64,000 nt of DNA from Candidatus Bipolaricaulota bacterium (lineage in GTDB: Bacteria > Bipolaricaulota > Bipolaricaulia > UBA7950 > UBA9294). The notes under the pieces were generated by a model, which did no database searches, was not told where the DNA came from, and saw nothing but the letters and a program-made list of their open reading frames with translations. A program made the translations under genes and the position numbers. The DNA lies in NCBI GenBank assembly GCA_040752575.1, contig JBFMGK010000003.1, positions 32,001 through 96,000 of the forward strand, written 5' to 3'. This document shows, one piece after another, positions 1 to 9,010 of this stretch. Position 1 is the stretch's first letter. Each line of letters opens with the position of its first letter.

Positions 1-937
1 GGACGCCTTCGTCGTCGAAGCCGTAGGTACCGAGGCCGCCCGGGGTAACGGCGTCGGAGACGATGTTCACGATGTCCGATCCATAACGGAAGTTGCGGAA
101 CTTCTCCGGAGTCAGGAAGCTTGTGCCGGCGTAGGCGGCTTCGGTGCCGAAGACGCGGTCGAGTTCGATCGGATGGCCGCAGGACTCGTGGACCTGGAGC
201 CCGAGCTGCGGTCCGTCGAGGATGATCGTCGTCACCCCGCCGGGACACTGAGGCGCCGACAAGAGGCCGACGGCCTCCTCGGCGACGCGGCGGGCGTTGC
301 CCGGCAGGTCCCAAGTACGGACGAACTCATAGCCGCCGGTACCCTGATGGCGGCCGAACGAGTTGGGGTACGAGCGCTGTTGCATCTCGCCTTCGGCGAC
401 GGCCATCACAACGATTCCGGCGCCGCTCTCGACGAGGACCTGCTCGATGTAGCTGCCTTCGGTCGACGCGAACGTCTTGGTCTCGCGCTGGAAGCCGAGC
501 GCCCCGTCCACAACGCGCACGCCCTGGACTGACTGCGCGTCCTTGTCGGCTCGCAACAGGTAGTCGATCTTGTCCTCGAGGGACACCTCAAACGGGTCGA
601 TCTCGAGCGGTGTCTTGTACGTCGCGACGTGAGCCTCCTTAGGCCCCAGATCGACGTCTGCCTTCTTGCTGATCGCGCTCGCCTTGGCGATGGCGACGGC
701 GAGCTCCGCAATGCGGTCGATCTCCGCCTTTTCAAGGCGATTCGAACTCGCGAAACCCCAGGCGCCGTCGGCAATCACGCGAACGCCGAAGCCGTACGTC
801 TCGGCAAGCGTCAGGTCTTGAACGACGCCGTTCTTGGTCTCGATGTTCTGTGTCTCACGCCGCACGACGCGGATGTCGGCGTACGAGGCTCCCCTCGCCC
901 GCGCGACGTCCAGCGCACGATCCGTGTACTCTCGCAT
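1..937 (-). CDS. tldD: TldD/PmbA family metalloprotease, TldD subunit (3' end runs off the window)
   Basis: Not in the ORF track; translated by hand from ATG at 937 (SD AAAGGAG): MREYTDRALDVARARGASYADIRV...GFGVRVIADGAWGFAS...VHESCGHPIELDRV...GTYGFDDEGV. Has the HExxGH motif and the FDDEG motif. Confidence 0.9.
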   Translation of the reverse strand, partial: MREYTDRALDVARARGASYADIRVVRRETQNIETKNGVVQDLTLAETYGFGVRVIADGAWGFASSNRLEKAEIDRIAELAVAIAKASAISKKADVDLGPKEAHVATYKTPLEIDPFEVSLEDKIDYLLRADKDAQSVQGVRVVDGALGFQRETKTFASTEGSYIEQVLVESGAGIVVMAVAEGEMQQRSYPNSFGRHQGTGGYEFVRTWDLPGNARRVAEEAVGLLSAPQCPGGVTTIILDGPQLGLQVHESCGHPIELDRVFGTEAAYAGTSFLTPEKFRNFRYGSDIVNIVSDAVTPGGLGTYGFDDEGV

Positions 938-959
938 GGCTCTCCTTTCCCGGAGCGGG

Positions 960-2303
960 CTACTCGGTCCCGCCCGTGAACCGGAAGTTGCGGATCTTCG
1001 CCGCGGGAGCGCAGGTCCCGAGCGCATTCCAGTCGTTCTTGATCAGTGCGAGCGTCGACCCCAACGTTTCGACGTTCGCCAACGCCTCGAGGATGCTTTG
1101 GGTGAAGCGAAGGTTCTTCAGCGGCCGCGTGACCTTGCCGTTCTCGATGAGGAAGGTACCGTCGCGCGTCATCCCTGTCAGCACTGTCTTCACGGGGTGC
1201 AGGATGTTCGTGTAATGGAAACGTGTCACCCAGATGCCGCGTTCGGTCGAGGCAAGCATCTCCTCTTTCGTCGACGTGCCCGGCTCGAGAAACAGGTTGA
1301 TCGGCAGCGGACCCATCGTGTTCGGCGCCGGCAGGCTGTGCCCGGTCGACGCCTTTCCCGGTTCGCGACTCGCAGTGAACGAGTCGTAGACGACGTTCTT
1401 CGCGATGCCCTTCTCGATCAGGACGACCTTCTGCTTGGCGACGCCCTCGAAGTCGAACGGCAGCGGCAGGCCGCGCGGATCGGATCCATCGTCCCAGATG
1501 GTAATCTTGTCGCCGGTGACGCGTTCGCCGATCTTGCCGCACATGAAACTCCGCCCTTCCTGCACGGCAAGCGCGCCGAGTCCCATGTAGCCCAGGAAGA
1601 ACAGCATGTCGGCCACGGCGGGCTCTTCGAGGATCACGGTGTATTCGCCGGGCTCGATCGACGTCGGCTTGCGCCCTGCGAGCGCCTTGTCGATGGCCGT
1701 CTTGCCGGCTGCCGCGGTGTCGAGCTTGCGCACGTCGATCGCCGCGGCCTCGCCCCAGCCGGAGCTGTCGTCGGCCATGATCACCGTGACGAGCCCGGCG
1801 ACCGTTCCGCGGTGGTAGGCCGAGACGCCGAGCGAGTTCGCGATCAGCATCTCCTGGCCCTCCGTCGAGAAGGCTCCTGCGGCTTCGAGGCCGGCGCTTC
1901 GCGACGCGGCCAGGATCTTCTCGACGCGCTCGGCCCGCTCGCGGGGAGTGAAGGCCGCCGTCGCGTCGACGTAGGCGTCGACCTTCTTCGCCGTGGTCGG
2001 CCCAGGAAGCGAGCGGAAGTCAGGGTTCTTCTGTTGGAACCGTGCGACGGTCTCGGCGCGCCGCACGACCGTTCGAAGCCCCTCTTCGCTGAGATCGTTC
2101 CCGGCGGCGACACCCGTCTTCTGATCGACGATCACGCGAACGCGCACCGTGGCGTCCGTCTCGGAAACGTTTTGGTGAATCGTGTTCGTGGCGAACCTCG
2201 TGAGGTGGGAGTCGTTCGCTGTGATCATCACCTCCGTCTGGTCGGCCTTCGCTTCACGCAGCACGCGCTGCGCGGCGTCTGCAAGACGACTCTGACCTAG
2301 CAC
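960..2303 (-). CDS. TldD/PmbA family protein, PmbA/TldE-like subunit
   Basis: 447 aa with PGEYTVILEEPAV, PFDFEGV and TGMTRDGTFLIENG; no HExxGH; lies directly upstream of tldD; GTG start with SD GGAGG. Confidence 0.85.
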   Translation of the reverse strand: MLGQSRLADAAQRVLREAKADQTEVMITANDSHLTRFATNTIHQNVSETDATVRVRVIVDQKTGVAAGNDLSEEGLRTVVRRAETVARFQQKNPDFRSLPGPTTAKKVDAYVDATAAFTPRERAERVEKILAASRSAGLEAAGAFSTEGQEMLIANSLGVSAYHRGTVAGLVTVIMADDSSGWGEAAAIDVRKLDTAAAGKTAIDKALAGRKPTSIEPGEYTVILEEPAVADMLFFLGYMGLGALAVQEGRSFMCGKIGERVTGDKITIWDDGSDPRGLPLPFDFEGVAKQKVVLIEKGIAKNVVYDSFTASREPGKASTGHSLPAPNTMGPLPINLFLEPGTSTKEEMLASTERGIWVTRFHYTNILHPVKTVLTGMTRDGTFLIENGKVTRPLKNLRFTQSILEALANVETLGSTLALIKNDWNALGTCAPAAKIRNFRFTGGTE

Positions 2304-2501
2304 GTTGCCTCCTCCCTTTCTTCCCGCTCTGCCCGTGGCCGGGGACGAACCGTCCCTCGGTTTCCCATCTGCAGAGGGTACCGTCGGCGGCGGACCCGCT
2401 CAAACGCGTCGTCGCCTCTGTGAAGTGAGTCGGCGTGAGCACGAGAGGAGTTCACCGCCGTCGGTGATTCCGGCGGGTTCCGGATCTATACTGACGACGC
2501 T

Positions 2502-3188
2502 ATGTCCGCCCGCGTGCTGGTTGTGGACGACGAGGACTGGGTACTCGAGACCGTCAGGCTCTACCTCGAACAGGCCGGGTTTGAGGTCGCTACGGCTCGC
2601 GATGGCGAGTCGGCGTTGGAGGCTTTCTCGCGATTCGCTCCCGATGTGATCGTTCTGGATTGGATGCTCCCGCGGCTCGACGGTCCGTCGGTCGCCGAGC
2701 GCGTCCGCGCGTCCTCCAAGGTTCCGATCATCATGCTGACCGCGCGGGTCGGCGAAGAGGATCGCCTTCAGGGCTTCCGAGTCGGTGTCGATGATTACGT
2801 CGTGAAGCCCTTCAGCGCACGAGAACTCGAAGCTCGCGTGCGCGCCGTGCTGCGCCGCTCCGTCGGCAAGGAGCCCGCGACGCTCGAGGTAGGCGACGTG
2901 CGACTCGATCGCGAGCAGCGCTTGGTGTGGGTCCGCGAAGATCTAGTGGAGGTCTCGGCCATGAGCTTCGACCTACTTGCCTTCCTGATGGCCCATCCCG
3001 GCAGGGTGTTCACGCGTCTCGAACTCCTCGAAGCGGTTCGCGGCGAGACCTACAGCGGCTTCGAGCGCGCCGTCGACTCGCACATCAAGCGTCTGCGCCA
3101 GAAGATCGAGCGCGACCCCTCGGACCCCAAGATCATCCTCACCGTCTTCGGCGTGGGCTACCGACTCGCGCGGGGCGACGAGCCGTGA
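2502..3188 (+). CDS. OmpR/PhoB family response regulator
   Basis: Receiver motifs VLVVDDE, LDWMLP and DDYVVKPF; winged-helix VDSHIKRLRQK and TVFGVGY. Confidence 0.95.
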   Translation: MSARVLVVDDEDWVLETVRLYLEQAGFEVATARDGESALEAFSRFAPDVIVLDWMLPRLDGPSVAERVRASSKVPIIMLTARVGEEDRLQGFRVGVDDYVVKPFSARELEARVRAVLRRSVGKEPATLEVGDVRLDREQRLVWVREDLVEVSAMSFDLLAFLMAHPGRVFTRLELLEAVRGETYSGFERAVDSHIKRLRQKIERDPSDPKIILTVFGVGYRLARGDEP

Positions 3189-4555
3189 TCTCGCGCCTGC
3201 GTCGCCTCTCGTTCCAGACGAAACTCCTCGCGTCGTTCTTCGTCGTCGTCGTTCTGGCGACGGTCGCCGGGTACTTGTCGATCAGCCGCTCCGTGAATCG
3301 AGCCTTCTCGGACTTCAGCGTTCGCAGCTTCACGCTGCAGGACGAGGTGGTTGTCCAACTCGTCGTGGCCACGTACAACCGCACGGGGAGTGTCGATGCA
3401 CTCGTCGAGTTCCTGAATCGCGGCCCGCGAGACATCCCCATTCTCCTCGTGAACCCCGAACGGAAAGTCGTCTTCGCTCCCGATGACGAGTTCGCCGGCC
3501 GCACGTTGGACGAGCGCCAGCTTGAGGGAGGGCAGTCGATCCGCCTCCCATCGGGCGAGGTCTGGACGGTCGTGCCGTACCGAGCCATGGCCGGCCGCAT
3601 CGAACTCGAGAGACGGTTCATACGCGCCACAGGACGTGCCTTCTGGCTCGCCGGCTTCGCGGCCGCAGCCGCGGCGCTGGCTCTGGCCTTGGTTCTGGTT
3701 CGTCAGATGACAAGCCCCCTCCGCCAGCTCGAAACCGCAACGCGCCGCATCGCGGCGGGGCGATTCGACGATCGCGTGGACGTGCGCTCGGCCGATGAGA
3801 TCGGCCATCTGGCCGCATCGTTCAACGACATGGCCAGAAGCCTCGAGCGCTCGGAAGAAGCCAAGCGGCGGATGATCGCCGACATCTCGCACGAGTTGCG
3901 AACGCCTCTTGCCGCCGTCCGATCGGCGCTTGAGGGTCTTCGGGACGGCTTGGTCGAACCCACCGAAACCACGTTCGCCGGCCTACATGACCGCGTCCTC
4001 CTCTTCGGACGTCTCGTGGGCGACCTGCATCAGTTGGCCCTCGCCGACGCAGGGCAACTCTCGATCGAGCGATCTCCGTCACGGATCGACGCGCTCCTCG
4101 AGGGCATCATCGAGGCGATCGAGCCCCAGATCGAGGACGCCGGTCTGGCGATGGCGTGGTCCGTAGCTCCCGACCTTCCGGTGCTCTGGGTGGATGCGCA
4201 TCGGATCGAACAGGTGCTGCTCAACGTTCTGGCCAATGCCATTCGCCACACGCCGGCGGGCGGACGTCTGGAGGTTTCGGCAGCCCTCGAGAACGATCGT
4301 GAGGTTTGGATCCGGGTCTGCGACTCGGGACCGGGCATCCCGGCCGACGCGATCGAGCGGGTCTTCGACCGTTTCTATCGTGCAGACCCTGCTCGCGAAG
4401 CGGGCGGAGCGGGTCTGGGGCTGGCCATCGCCCGCGCGCTCGTGGAAGCGCACGGCGGACGGATCTGGGCCGAGAACCGCTCCTCGGGAGGGGCCTGCTT
4501 CACCATCGCTCTCCCGGCCTTGGACGGAGAAAGGAGAGGCCCGCCGCTCGCATGA
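3185..4555 (+). CDS. HAMP-domain sensor histidine kinase (BaeS-like)
   Basis: GTG start overlaps the regulator stop (GTGA); two TM segments, HAMP (DEIGHLAASFN), H-box ISHELRTPL, N-box NAIRHT, G-boxes DSGPGI and GAGLGLAI. Confidence 0.93.
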   Translation: MISRLRRLSFQTKLLASFFVVVVLATVAGYLSISRSVNRAFSDFSVRSFTLQDEVVVQLVVATYNRTGSVDALVEFLNRGPRDIPILLVNPERKVVFAPDDEFAGRTLDERQLEGGQSIRLPSGEVWTVVPYRAMAGRIELERRFIRATGRAFWLAGFAAAAAALALALVLVRQMTSPLRQLETATRRIAAGRFDDRVDVRSADEIGHLAASFNDMARSLERSEEAKRRMIADISHELRTPLAAVRSALEGLRDGLVEPTETTFAGLHDRVLLFGRLVGDLHQLALADAGQLSIERSPSRIDALLEGIIEAIEPQIEDAGLAMAWSVAPDLPVLWVDAHRIEQVLLNVLANAIRHTPAGGRLEVSAALENDREVWIRVCDSGPGIPADAIERVFDRFYRADPAREAGGAGLGLAIARALVEAHGGRIWAENRSSGGACFTIALPALDGERRGPPLA

Positions 4556-4591
4556 GCGACGGGCCGTCAACCGCACAGGGCGGTGGCGTAC

Positions 4592-5434
4592 CTAGGGCAC
4601 GGCCGCCAGCTTCAACTCCAGCGCATGTGAGAAGCTCTCGATCCCGCCCAGGAGTCGGTCCATGACCCCGGCGCGAACGGCCTTCGCGAGGCGGGAGACG
4701 TCCTCCGGTCTCGGTTGTGCGCTCTGCGGGCCGTGCCGCATCGCCCAGGGGTTCGACATCTCGCGCTGCATCGCGCCAGCTCTCCCCGCGGTCGGCGCAT
4801 CCGTCGAGGCGTCCCGATCGTGAATCCGCGCGGCAAGCTGCTCGCGCAGTCTCTCGATCACGTTGGCCCCGTCCGAGGCTCCCTCGGCGCGCTCAGCGAC
4901 CCGCTCCCGCAGTCTCTGTACGAGGGCCTGGGGCTCCTGCACGGACGCAGTGGGGGTCGGCGCTTCCAGAGCCCGCTGGATCCAAGCAGGACCGTACTGA
5001 AGGAGAGTCTCGCCCTGGCTCATCGTCAACGTCCCTTTGATCTCCTCGAACGCGCCGGCCAGAGCGCCGCGCAGCGCTTCCTGCGCCGCCTCCATCTCCT
5101 GCCTCCGTGCGTCAAGCCGCGCCTCGAGTTCCTCCGCCGTACCGCTCCAGGAGATCATCTCGTCCTCAAAGGCCGCTCGCTTCGCCTCGATCGCCTCCCG
5201 CTCGACCAGCACGCGGTCGAGCGCCGCGTGGATGGACTCCATCTGACCGCGCGACAGCTCGAGTCGATTGATCAACACGAGGGCTTCGAGGCTTGCCCCG
5301 TCGGCCTCCTCCGTCGCGCCTCGGCCGGGAAGAACCTGCGTGCTGGCTGGGATCACGGCCGCCGCACTGAGTACGACGATCAACAAGAGGACTCTCAACG
5401 TCTTCGTCTTCATCTCTGGCATCCCTCCGTCCAT
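4592..5434 (-). CDS. Hypothetical exported helical/coiled-coil protein
   Basis: Signal peptide-like N-terminus (MKTKTLRVLLLIVVLSAAAVIPA) followed by a long E/R/A-rich helical region; the true start may be 5422 or 5413. Confidence 0.65.
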   Translation of the reverse strand: MDGGMPEMKTKTLRVLLLIVVLSAAAVIPASTQVLPGRGATEEADGASLEALVLINRLELSRGQMESIHAALDRVLVEREAIEAKRAAFEDEMISWSGTAEELEARLDARRQEMEAAQEALRGALAGAFEEIKGTLTMSQGETLLQYGPAWIQRALEAPTPTASVQEPQALVQRLRERVAERAEGASDGANVIERLREQLAARIHDRDASTDAPTAGRAGAMQREMSNPWAMRHGPQSAQPRPEDVSRLAKAVRAGVMDRLLGGIESFSHALELKLAAVP

Positions 5435-5523
5435 GTAGTGTCTTCAGAATGCGTCACCCAAGTGAATGGACGTTCGCCGGCTTGTGTCAGCCTTGTGAAG
5501 GGATGAGGTTCGACTGGGGTACA

Positions 5524-6432
5524 ATGCGGCCACGCCTCGCGCGGCCATCGTCCGGGGGCGCGTTCGAGAAGGGGGGTACGCTGGAGGCCTGTTCGCAGTC
5601 GCCCTTAAAGCAGGAGCCCTGCCGTACCGGCCCGACCGGGAAGGAGCCGGTCCACGAACCGGGATCTCCCGCCATCTGTGCCCGCGGATTGACGCTGCAC
5701 TACGACAAGCGGACCGCTCTCGAGGACGTGTCGTTCGATGTCCCTGCAGGCGCACACGTCGCCGTGGTCGGCCCCAACGGCGCGGGAAAGAGCACGCTGC
5801 TCAAGGCCGTCGCCGGCCTTCTTCCCTGGACGCAAGGAACGCTCCGCGTCTACGGCCATGAGCCCCGCGACCACCTGTGCATTGCCTACGTTCCGCAGCG
5901 GGCTGCGGTGGACTGGCGGTTCCCCGTGACCGTCCTCGACGTCGTTCTCATGGGCCGCGTCCACCGCCGGGGCCCGTTGCGGCGCATGACGCGCCGCGAC
6001 CGCGCGCTCGCCGAGGCCGCGGTCCAATGGGTGGGCCTCGGCCCCCAGGCGGGGCGCCAGATTGCCGAGCTGTCCGGAGGAGAACAGCAGAAGATGTTCC
6101 TCGCGCGAGCGCTGTCCCAGGAGGCGGAACTCGTCCTACTCGACGAGCCCTTGGCGGGCATCGACGCGTCCTCGGAAGTGGAGATCCTCGACCTGCTGGA
6201 TCGCCTTTCCGGTACGACGCTGCTCGTGGCCTTGCACGACCTTGGCATCGCCGCAAAACACTTCTCGCTTGCCCTGCTCGTCCGGGGTCGCCTTCTTGGG
6301 TTCGGGGCGCCCGAGGACGTATTCACACCGGAGAACCTTCAGTCGGCCTATGGGGAGTGCCTGAAAATGGTCCGCACGGCCGACGGAACCCTCGTTGTTC
6401 AGGACACGCCGTGCTCGAGGGGAGCGAGGTGA
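5524..6432 (+). CDS. Mn/Zn/Fe ABC transporter ATP-binding subunit (start uncertain)
   Basis: Walker A GPNGAGKST, YVPQR..VDWRFPVTV, signature LSGGEQQ, Walker B LLDEP, H-loop LHDL. Confidence 0.9.
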   Translation: MRPRLARPSSGGAFEKGGTLEACSQSPLKQEPCRTGPTGKEPVHEPGSPAICARGLTLHYDKRTALEDVSFDVPAGAHVAVVGPNGAGKSTLLKAVAGLLPWTQGTLRVYGHEPRDHLCIAYVPQRAAVDWRFPVTVLDVVLMGRVHRRGPLRRMTRRDRALAEAAVQWVGLGPQAGRQIAELSGGEQQKMFLARALSQEAELVLLDEPLAGIDASSEVEILDLLDRLSGTTLLVALHDLGIAAKHFSLALLVRGRLLGFGAPEDVFTPENLQSAYGECLKMVRTADGTLVVQDTPCSRGAR

Positions 6433-7289
6433 CGACGGTGGAGTGGTTGATCGCGCCGCTGCGCTATCCGTTCATGGTTCGAGCGCTTGTGGCTTCGACC
6501 CTGGTCGGCGGGCTGTCCGCCGTCGTGGGAACGTTCGTCGTCCTGCGCTCCATGACATTCCTGGGCGACGCGATCGCCCACTCGGTTCTTCCGGGGATCG
6601 CCGCCGGCGTCCTTGTGAGCGGTCGTGGCGACCGGCGGACGCTGTTCTGGTGGGCCCTCGGAACTGCGGTTCTCGTCACGTTGGGCATCGGCTGGGTCCA
6701 CGAACGCGGTCGGGTTCGCGAGGACGCCGCAATCGGCATCGTGTTCGCCGGCATGTTTGCGCTCGGAATTGCCCTGCTATCCACCGTTCGCGGCTTCTCG
6801 GTCGATCTCGTTCACATCCTGTTCGGGAATGTCCTCGCGGTCTCTTCATCGGACCTCGTCTTGATCGCCGGCTTCGGCGGGGGAGTCCTTCTGATCCTCG
6901 GCGCGTTCTATCGCGAGTTCGTCCTGGTGTCGTTTGACCCAATCCTCGGCGCGACGCTTCGTCTCCCCGTGCGGCTCTATCGCTACGCACTCCTTGTGCT
7001 GACGGCGGTGACCGTCGTCGTCTCTCTGCAGGTGGTTGGACTCGCCCTGATGCTCGCCATGCTCGTAGCGCCGCCGTCGACGGCGCTCTTGCTCACGCGC
7101 CGCGTTCCGGCCACGATGGCGATCGCGGCCCTCTGCGGCGTCGTGTCAGGCCTCGTCGGGCTCTATCTCTCGTTCTACTTCTCCGTCGCCTCGGGGGCCG
7201 CCATCGTCCTCGTGGCGATCGGCCTCTTCCTGTTGGCGCTCTTGGTCACGCGACGGCGGGTTGTGTTCGCACGTCTGCGCACGCGCTAG
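6429..7289 (+). CDS. Mn/Zn/Fe ABC transporter permease (ZnuB/MntB type)
   Basis: GTGA overlap with the ATPase; GDAIAHSVLPG, EDAAIGI, HILFGNVL and SFDP motifs; multiple TM helices. Confidence 0.92.
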   Translation: MTTVEWLIAPLRYPFMVRALVASTLVGGLSAVVGTFVVLRSMTFLGDAIAHSVLPGIAAGVLVSGRGDRRTLFWWALGTAVLVTLGIGWVHERGRVREDAAIGIVFAGMFALGIALLSTVRGFSVDLVHILFGNVLAVSSSDLVLIAGFGGGVLLILGAFYREFVLVSFDPILGATLRLPVRLYRYALLVLTAVTVVVSLQVVGLALMLAMLVAPPSTALLLTRRVPATMAIAALCGVVSGLVGLYLSFYFSVASGAAIVLVAIGLFLLALLVTRRRVVFARLRTR

Positions 7290-7331
7290 AGCGTACTTGC
7301 CGACCCGCAGGGACTCCGATACCTTCGTCCT

Positions 7332-8234
7332 ATGGGACTTGAGGTTCGCCGCGCGCGGGTCGCGGACAAAGAGCGAATCGTCGCCATCGCTTCGCAGATC
7401 TGGGATGGCGGCGACTACGTGCCCGCCGTGATCGACGACTGGCTGGCTTGCTCTCGTGGCGAGCTTCTGGTCGCGGAAATCGACGGCACCGTGGCCGCGT
7501 TTGCGCAGCGAACGTGGCTTGCTGCCGGCCACGCGTGGCTGCAAGGAATCCGGGCCGATCCAGCGCTGCGCGGTCGCGGGGCCGGCCGCGCGTTGACGCA
7601 GGCGCTTGTCGAGGCCTGCGATCGGGATGGCGCACGCCGCATCGGCCTGTCGACCTACATCGACAACCTCGAGTCGATCCACCTCGTGGAGTCGTTCGGC
7701 TTCGTGCGGCGGGCCTCGTTCTCTTACGTCGAAGGAACATCGGAAGTTCCTGGCGCCGCGCCGTTGGGGGACATCGACGTCCCGTCCGACGCGGAGTTCG
7801 AGGCCTTCGTGCGCGCGTCGACCTTCCTTCGGGCGGCGCGCGGGCGGTTCCCGTCGGAGTGGCGGTTCCTCGAGTTCGACTGGGAACCGCGAGTCGCTTT
7901 GGGCTGGGCTCCCCATCGCTTCGCCCTCCGCCGCGATGGCCGGATCGTCGCCGCGCTCTGCGCGTCGTACCCGGCCCGGGCCGACATGCAGGGGGCCTTT
8001 CTGTCATTTCTGGAGGGCTCCCGGGAGGACGTTGCCGCCCTTCTCGCGCACGCCGTCCGGCAGCTCGAGGTGCCGGGCTGGGAAGCCATGATCCCCGCGC
8101 CGGACGGGGACGCGTCGCCCATCCTTGCCACCCTGCGTGAACTTGGGTTCACCTCGTGGAGGGACTTCACGCCGGACTCGTTCTGCTATGAGCGCGACGC
8201 TCTCTCCCGCCCTGGGACGGTGAGACCGGGGTGA
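7332..8234 (+). CDS. GNAT family N-acetyltransferase
   Basis: WDGGDYVP; motif A IRADPALRGRGAG; N...HLVESFGF. Confidence 0.8.
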   Translation: MGLEVRRARVADKERIVAIASQIWDGGDYVPAVIDDWLACSRGELLVAEIDGTVAAFAQRTWLAAGHAWLQGIRADPALRGRGAGRALTQALVEACDRDGARRIGLSTYIDNLESIHLVESFGFVRRASFSYVEGTSEVPGAAPLGDIDVPSDAEFEAFVRASTFLRAARGRFPSEWRFLEFDWEPRVALGWAPHRFALRRDGRIVAALCASYPARADMQGAFLSFLEGSREDVAALLAHAVRQLEVPGWEAMIPAPDGDASPILATLRELGFTSWRDFTPDSFCYERDALSRPGTVRPG

Positions 8235-9010
8235 GCGGCGTGTGGTCTCAAGGCGAACGGGAGAGGTATGCGCGCCACTTCGTGCTCCCGGGGTTCGGCG
8301 AGTCGGGACAACAGAAGCTGCGGCGTGCGCGCGCCCTCGTGGTCGGGGTCGGAGGCCTTGGAAGCCCCGTTGCGCTCTACCTCGCTGCCGCCGGCCTCGG
8401 AACGCTTCATCTCGTCGACGCGGATCGGGTGAGCGTCTCGAACCTTCAGCGCCAGATCGTTCACGGCACGGCAACCGTCGGACGGCCGAAGCCGGAGTCC
8501 GCCGCCGTCCGCTTGGCGGACCTCAACCCGGCGACGCTCCTCGAACTGACGATGGCTCGTTTCTCGTCGGCCAACGCCCGTACGCTCGTGCGCGACGCCG
8601 ACATCGTTGTCGACGGAACGGACAATCTCAAGACGCGATTCCTGATCAACGAGGCCTGTCTCGAACGAGGTATCCCATTCGTCTACGGAGCCGTGTCGCA
8701 GTACGAAGGGCAGACCGGAGTCCTGTGCCTCTCCGGAGGCCCGTGCTATCGCTGTCTTTTCCCCTTGTGTCCGCCCGAGGACGCCGTGCCCGATCCGGAG
8801 CGCGTAGGTTTGCTTGCCGTCGTTCCAGGCGTCATCGGCACGCTCCAGGCGGCCGCCGCGATTCGCTGGATCACCCGCTACGCGGAGACGCCTGTCGGGC
8901 GCCTCCAGATCTACGACGCTCGCCTAGGAGAAGTCTTCTCGATCGAGATCGCTCGGGATCCCGCATGTCCCGCGTGCGGAGGCGCTACAGGCGGGTCGTC
9001 GACTCCCTGA
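8231..9010 (+). CDS. ThiF/MoeB/HesA family adenylyltransferase
   Basis: RYARH, GVGGLG, D.D.VSVSNLQRQ, VDGTDN, and zinc motifs CYRC and CPAC. Confidence 0.9.
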   Translation: MSGVWSQGERERYARHFVLPGFGESGQQKLRRARALVVGVGGLGSPVALYLAAAGLGTLHLVDADRVSVSNLQRQIVHGTATVGRPKPESAAVRLADLNPATLLELTMARFSSANARTLVRDADIVVDGTDNLKTRFLINEACLERGIPFVYGAVSQYEGQTGVLCLSGGPCYRCLFPLCPPEDAVPDPERVGLLAVVPGVIGTLQAAAAIRWITRYAETPVGRLQIYDARLGEVFSIEIARDPACPACGGATGGSSTP

